A stretch of DNA of 64,000 nt, taken from IMG/VR virus record IMGVR_UViG_3300028805_000043, one strand, 5' to 3'. Numbering within the stretch: position 1 is the first letter of the stretch; the number at the start of each line of letters is the position of its first letter. A program made the position numbers and the translations under genes. Under the pieces are notes generated by a model. That model ran no database searches, was not told the origin of the DNA, and saw only the letters and a program-made list of their open reading frames with translations. Shown piece after piece: positions 61,548 through 64,000 of the stretch. The DNA is from a virus (taxonomy: Duplodnaviria > Caudoviricetes).

Positions 61548-61682
61548 TGCCTTCGTGGGATTCGAACCTATTCACATACCAAACTCCTATTCATATGTAT
61601 TGTCTTAAGCTACATACTTTCGATTGGCTTGGCCCGCTTGTACAGGGCGGCTACAGTTACCAATATACTGTGATAAACCGGC
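61548..61682 (-). ncRNA. Degenerate tRNA-like RNA with very long variable region
   Basis: T loop TTCGAAT, GCC/GGC ends, internal hairpins including a CTGTACA loop. Confidence 0.4.
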
Positions 61683-61687
61683 AAATA

Positions 61688-61772
61688 TGGTGGGAGGAGA
61701 GGGACTCGAACCCCCGAACCCCGAAGGGAGCAGATTTACAGTCTGCTGCAATTGCCACTATGCGACCCTCCC
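61688..61772 (-). tRNA. tRNA-Tyr(GUA)
   Basis: Class II cloverleaf, loop CTGTAAA, encoded CCA. Confidence 0.92.
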
Positions 61773-62028
61773 AAAAAAGTGGAAATTTACAGGATTTCCA
61801 CAAACCTGCTAAACATCATTTAATATTTCAGGAATAGTTTAGATACAACCCATAGATTTTAAAAACGATTGTTTCTAAAATCTAACTTCTTATCGATGAG
61901 TTTTTTCGTAAACATTATTTTAGAAATATATAGTTCCTCACGGATAAATATTTCAAGGAATAGTTTAATTAACCAATTTTCCATCTTCCAATCTTTCCAT
62001 CTCTTGAAATTATCAATTGATAATTTCG

Positions 62029-62101
62029 CGGGGCATGGGAGATTCGAACTCCATCTACAACAGTGACAGTGTTGTGTGCTAACCATTACACTACACACCC
62101 C
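62029..62101 (-). tRNA. tRNA-Asp(GUC)
   Basis: Loop CTGTCAC, G73; folds best as 8/4. Confidence 0.8.
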
Positions 62102-62211
62102 TTATTTATATAATAATCACAAGACCTTTCTAATACAGGATAAGAATGATTATTTGTTAACCTCCATCATAAAGACATCCACAGCTAATTCTATGCATGG
62201 CATGCAAGTTG

Positions 62212-62284
62212 TAGGGCCACCCAGATTCGAACTGGGGAGACCACCTTGTAAGGGTGGCATATTTAACCACTATATGATAGCCCT
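62212..62284 (-). tRNA. tRNA-Val(UAC)
   Basis: Cloverleaf, loop CTTACAA. Confidence 0.88.
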
Positions 62285-62357
62285 AAATAAGTTAGCCTAA
62301 CATGTTGTACCCATGATAGTTGTTATAAGAAGCAGCACCGTGCTGGCCAAGCTGTTG

Positions 62358-62433
62358 CAGACCACGTAGGACTCGAACCTCCCAAGTTCTGGCTTTGGTA
62401 CAATCCACCAAACCTATCGTACTTCAAATATCT
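62358..62433 (-). ncRNA. tRNA-like RNA lacking a D arm
   Basis: T arm GGAGG-TTCGAGT-CCTAC; central TTTGGT/ACCAAA hairpin. Confidence 0.35.
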
Positions 62434-62439
62434 AACTTG

Positions 62440-62513
62440 TACCTTCGGTGGGATTCGAACCCACGCTCCTATGCTTAAGAGGCATCAGCTTTAACCAACT
62501 AAGCTACGAAGGC
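62440..62513 (-). tRNA. tRNA-Lys(CUU)
   Basis: Cloverleaf, loop CTCTTAA. Confidence 0.88.
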
Positions 62514-62521
62514 ATTTATTG

Positions 62522-62594
62522 TGCTCCCACCCGGATTCGAACCGAGACCTGACAGATTAAGAGTCTGCTACGCTACCATTAACGCCATGGAAGC
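62522..62594 (-). tRNA. tRNA-Lys(CUU)
   Basis: Cloverleaf, loop CTCTTAA. Confidence 0.88.
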
Positions 62595-62600
62595 AAATTG

Positions 62601-62677
62601 TAGGCCCGGTGGGATTCGAACCCACGTCGTCACAGATTAAAAGTCTGGTGCATATAAAACCACTCTGCCACAAGCCC
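62601..62677 (-). tRNA. tRNA-Lys(UUU)
   Basis: Cloverleaf, loop CTTTTAA. Confidence 0.85.
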
Positions 62678-62685
62678 ATAAACTG

Positions 62686-62759
62686 TGCTCTCACTGGGAC
62701 TCGAACCCAGGCCCCTCAGCTTAAAAGGCTGCAGCTCTAACCAACTGAGCTATGAGAGC
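62686..62759 (-). tRNA. tRNA-Lys(UUU)
   Basis: Cloverleaf, loop CTTTTAA. Confidence 0.88.
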
Positions 62760-62765
62760 AAAAGG

Positions 62766-62840
62766 TACCCCCACTCGGATTCGAACCGAGACCCCTCTGT
62801 TTAAAAGACAGCAGCTCTAACCAATTGGAGCTATGGAGGC
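62766..62840 (-). tRNA. tRNA-Lys(UUU)
   Basis: Cloverleaf, loop CTTTTAA. Confidence 0.88.
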
Positions 62841-62975
62841 ATGCATTTCTAAATTCTAAAATCTTTAGTTTTGATTTTGATTTTACGTGCATGCTTCTTA
62901 TTGGTTAAAACTATGTAAATACCAATTGCTCTAAGGAAACATACACAACTAACGTTTTCGTTTAAGTTGTTTCAT
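62836..62975 (-). promoter_or_regulatory. Second amber-containing leader ORF (MKQLKRKR*LCMFP*SNWYLHSFNQ*) plus stem masking the tRNA-Lys 5' end
   Basis: ATG 62975; TAG 62949-62951 and 62931-62933; TAA 62898-62900; 62888-62897 pairs 9/10 with 62836-62845. Confidence 0.5.
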
Positions 62976-63005
62976 ATGCTTATTAAATTTATTTGTTTAT
63001 AATTG

Positions 63006-63080
63006 CAGGCCCTGAAAGACTCGAACTCTCATCGTGCAGATTTGGAGGCTGCCGTTTTCACTCAATTAAACTAAGGACCC
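63006..63080 (-). tRNA. tRNA-Trp(CCA), atypical D loop
   Basis: Loop CTCCAAA, G73; D loop lacks GG. Confidence 0.75.
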
Positions 63081-63341
63081 ATATTATGTTCCTCAGTTAT
63101 ATTTAAAATTAAACTAAGGACCCATATTAATTAAAAGTAAAATTCCGGACGCCAATATTATTGCTTTCCCTATTATAAGTATCAGTCCTGTGGAACATAA
63201 TGTCTTACGAGATTACCAACCTCTACCAGGAAATTGGCCGATGAAAGTCTTAACTTCAATGAGTTTCTACTTCTAGATACCACCTTCAGGAATGCCTTGA
63301 TATGCCGCAGCTCCCTGCAATAATACCAACATTTTACTTTG

Positions 63342-63417
63342 CGGGAATGGAGGGATTCGAACCCACAACCCTCGGCTTAACAGGCCGCCGCTCTAACCAT
63401 TAAATAGCTACACTCCC
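63342..63417 (-). tRNA. tRNA-Asn(GUU)
   Basis: Cloverleaf, loop CTGTTAA, G73. Confidence 0.85.
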
Positions 63418-63423
63418 AATATG

Positions 63424-63509
63424 TACCTGGAGCGGGAATTGAACCCGCACGGGCCTTACGGCCCGACAGATTTTAAGTCTGTTGCGTCTACCTATTCCGC
63501 CATCCAGGC
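63424..63509 (-). tRNA. tRNA-Leu(UAA)
   Basis: Class II cloverleaf, loop CTTAAAA, A73. Confidence 0.9.
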
Positions 63510-63515
63510 ATGTTT

Positions 63516-63637
63516 GCTACTCAGTGGGATTCGAACCCAGATTAATTAAGTACGTTCCGCATTGCAATTGGGGCCACTTAAATAATCCACTTACATCTCC
63601 GACATAGCCGGTGTTTTTCCACTTAAACTATAAATAA
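63516..63637 (-). ncRNA. tRNA-like RNA with 3-nt anticodon loop and long variable-region insert
   Basis: D arm GTTT/AAAC, CCGGC-TAT-GTCGG, T loop TTCGAAT; weak acceptor. Confidence 0.45.
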
Positions 63638-63745
63638 ATTATCTCTGCAACGATAATGATTTGTGAGATTCACCAGTCCTCGAAACCAATTGCAGTCAGT
63701 TTCTCAGTTCACCATTTTGTTACTGGATCTGTCTCGCCATGTTCG

Positions 63746-63817
63746 CGCCTCGTGAAGGATTCGAACCTACGACCAACGGATTAACAGTCCGCTGCTCTAC
63801 CGCTGAGCTAACGAGGC
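63746..63817 (-). tRNA. tRNA-Asn(GUU)
   Basis: Cloverleaf, loop CTGTTAA, G73. Confidence 0.9.
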
Positions 63818-63967
63818 AAATATGTCCGCACCGGATTCTACTTCTACCGACTTGAGAGTGTTCAGAGCACCCTGAATTATCAAATTATTCGAACGGACTC
63901 ATTCATAACATACTTTTAGTTGCAGTTCGCGACCTGACTGATTTACTTTATGAATGTTTTGTATTTG

Positions 63968-64000
63968 CGGGCACAGAGGGATTCGAACCCACAACCCTCG
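63968..64000 (-). tRNA. 3' part of a tRNA truncated by the window edge
   Basis: T arm and variable region identical to tRNA-Asn 63342..63417; anticodon lies outside the window. Confidence 0.7.

Noticed and set aside
61490-61570. Hammerhead ribozyme on the plus strand (hairpin followed by CTGATGA)
   Set aside because: No correctly placed GAAA or stem III; GATGAA pairs with TTCATC instead; the array is transcribed from the minus strand
58176-62300. ORF-track calls inside the tRNA array
   Set aside because: They overlap tRNA or structured RNA genes and lack protein-like composition
1-64000. Full genetic code 15 recoding
   Set aside because: Long structural and replication genes are uninterrupted under code 11; only isolated TAGs were found
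1-64000. CRISPR array, rRNA, integrase or IS element
   Set aside because: No regularly spaced repeats or matching motifs seen; the repeats at 1.2-1.35 kb are coding low-complexity sequence

Overview
AT-rich segment of a T4-like jumbo/megaphage. A Bacteroidetes (Prevotella/Bacteroides-type) host is inferred from its mdh, LruC-type lipoprotein, PI-PLC-like, YqeY and SmpB genes. Layout: (1) a family B DNA polymerase fractured into two genes by a naturally split Ser1/Ser+1 intein, with a free-standing VSR-like endonuclease between the halves (1.6-6.1 kb); (2) a minus-strand run of early/accessory genes (SprT, Mdh, methyltransferase, S1-domain protein, HAD phosphatase, YqeY, DEDDh exonuclease); (3) virion genes (Ig-fold proteins, baseplate/tail, portal, gp5-like, large terminase) plus smpB; (4) a minus-strand tRNA/ncRNA array from 57.9 kb to the window end. 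The strongest unexplained signal is a candidate amber (UAG)-gated regulatory circuit. The array encodes a CUA-anticodon tRNA, and no confidently called gene ends in TAG. In-frame TAGs occur in a PTH2-like gene that the ORF track missed, and in two short MKQ...FP leader ORFs. Each leader's terminal TAA is followed directly by one arm of a stem whose other arm masks the downstream element: the initiation region of the PTH2-like operon in one case, the 5' end of a five-gene tRNA-Lys block in the other. The array also holds several non-canonical tRNA-scaffold RNAs: large D-loop inserts, a tRNA carrying a Y-RNA-like stem, an arm-swapped form, anticodon-less forms, and Thr and Asn tRNAs with long variable arms. 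All assignments come from motif reading and manual folding; no searches were run.
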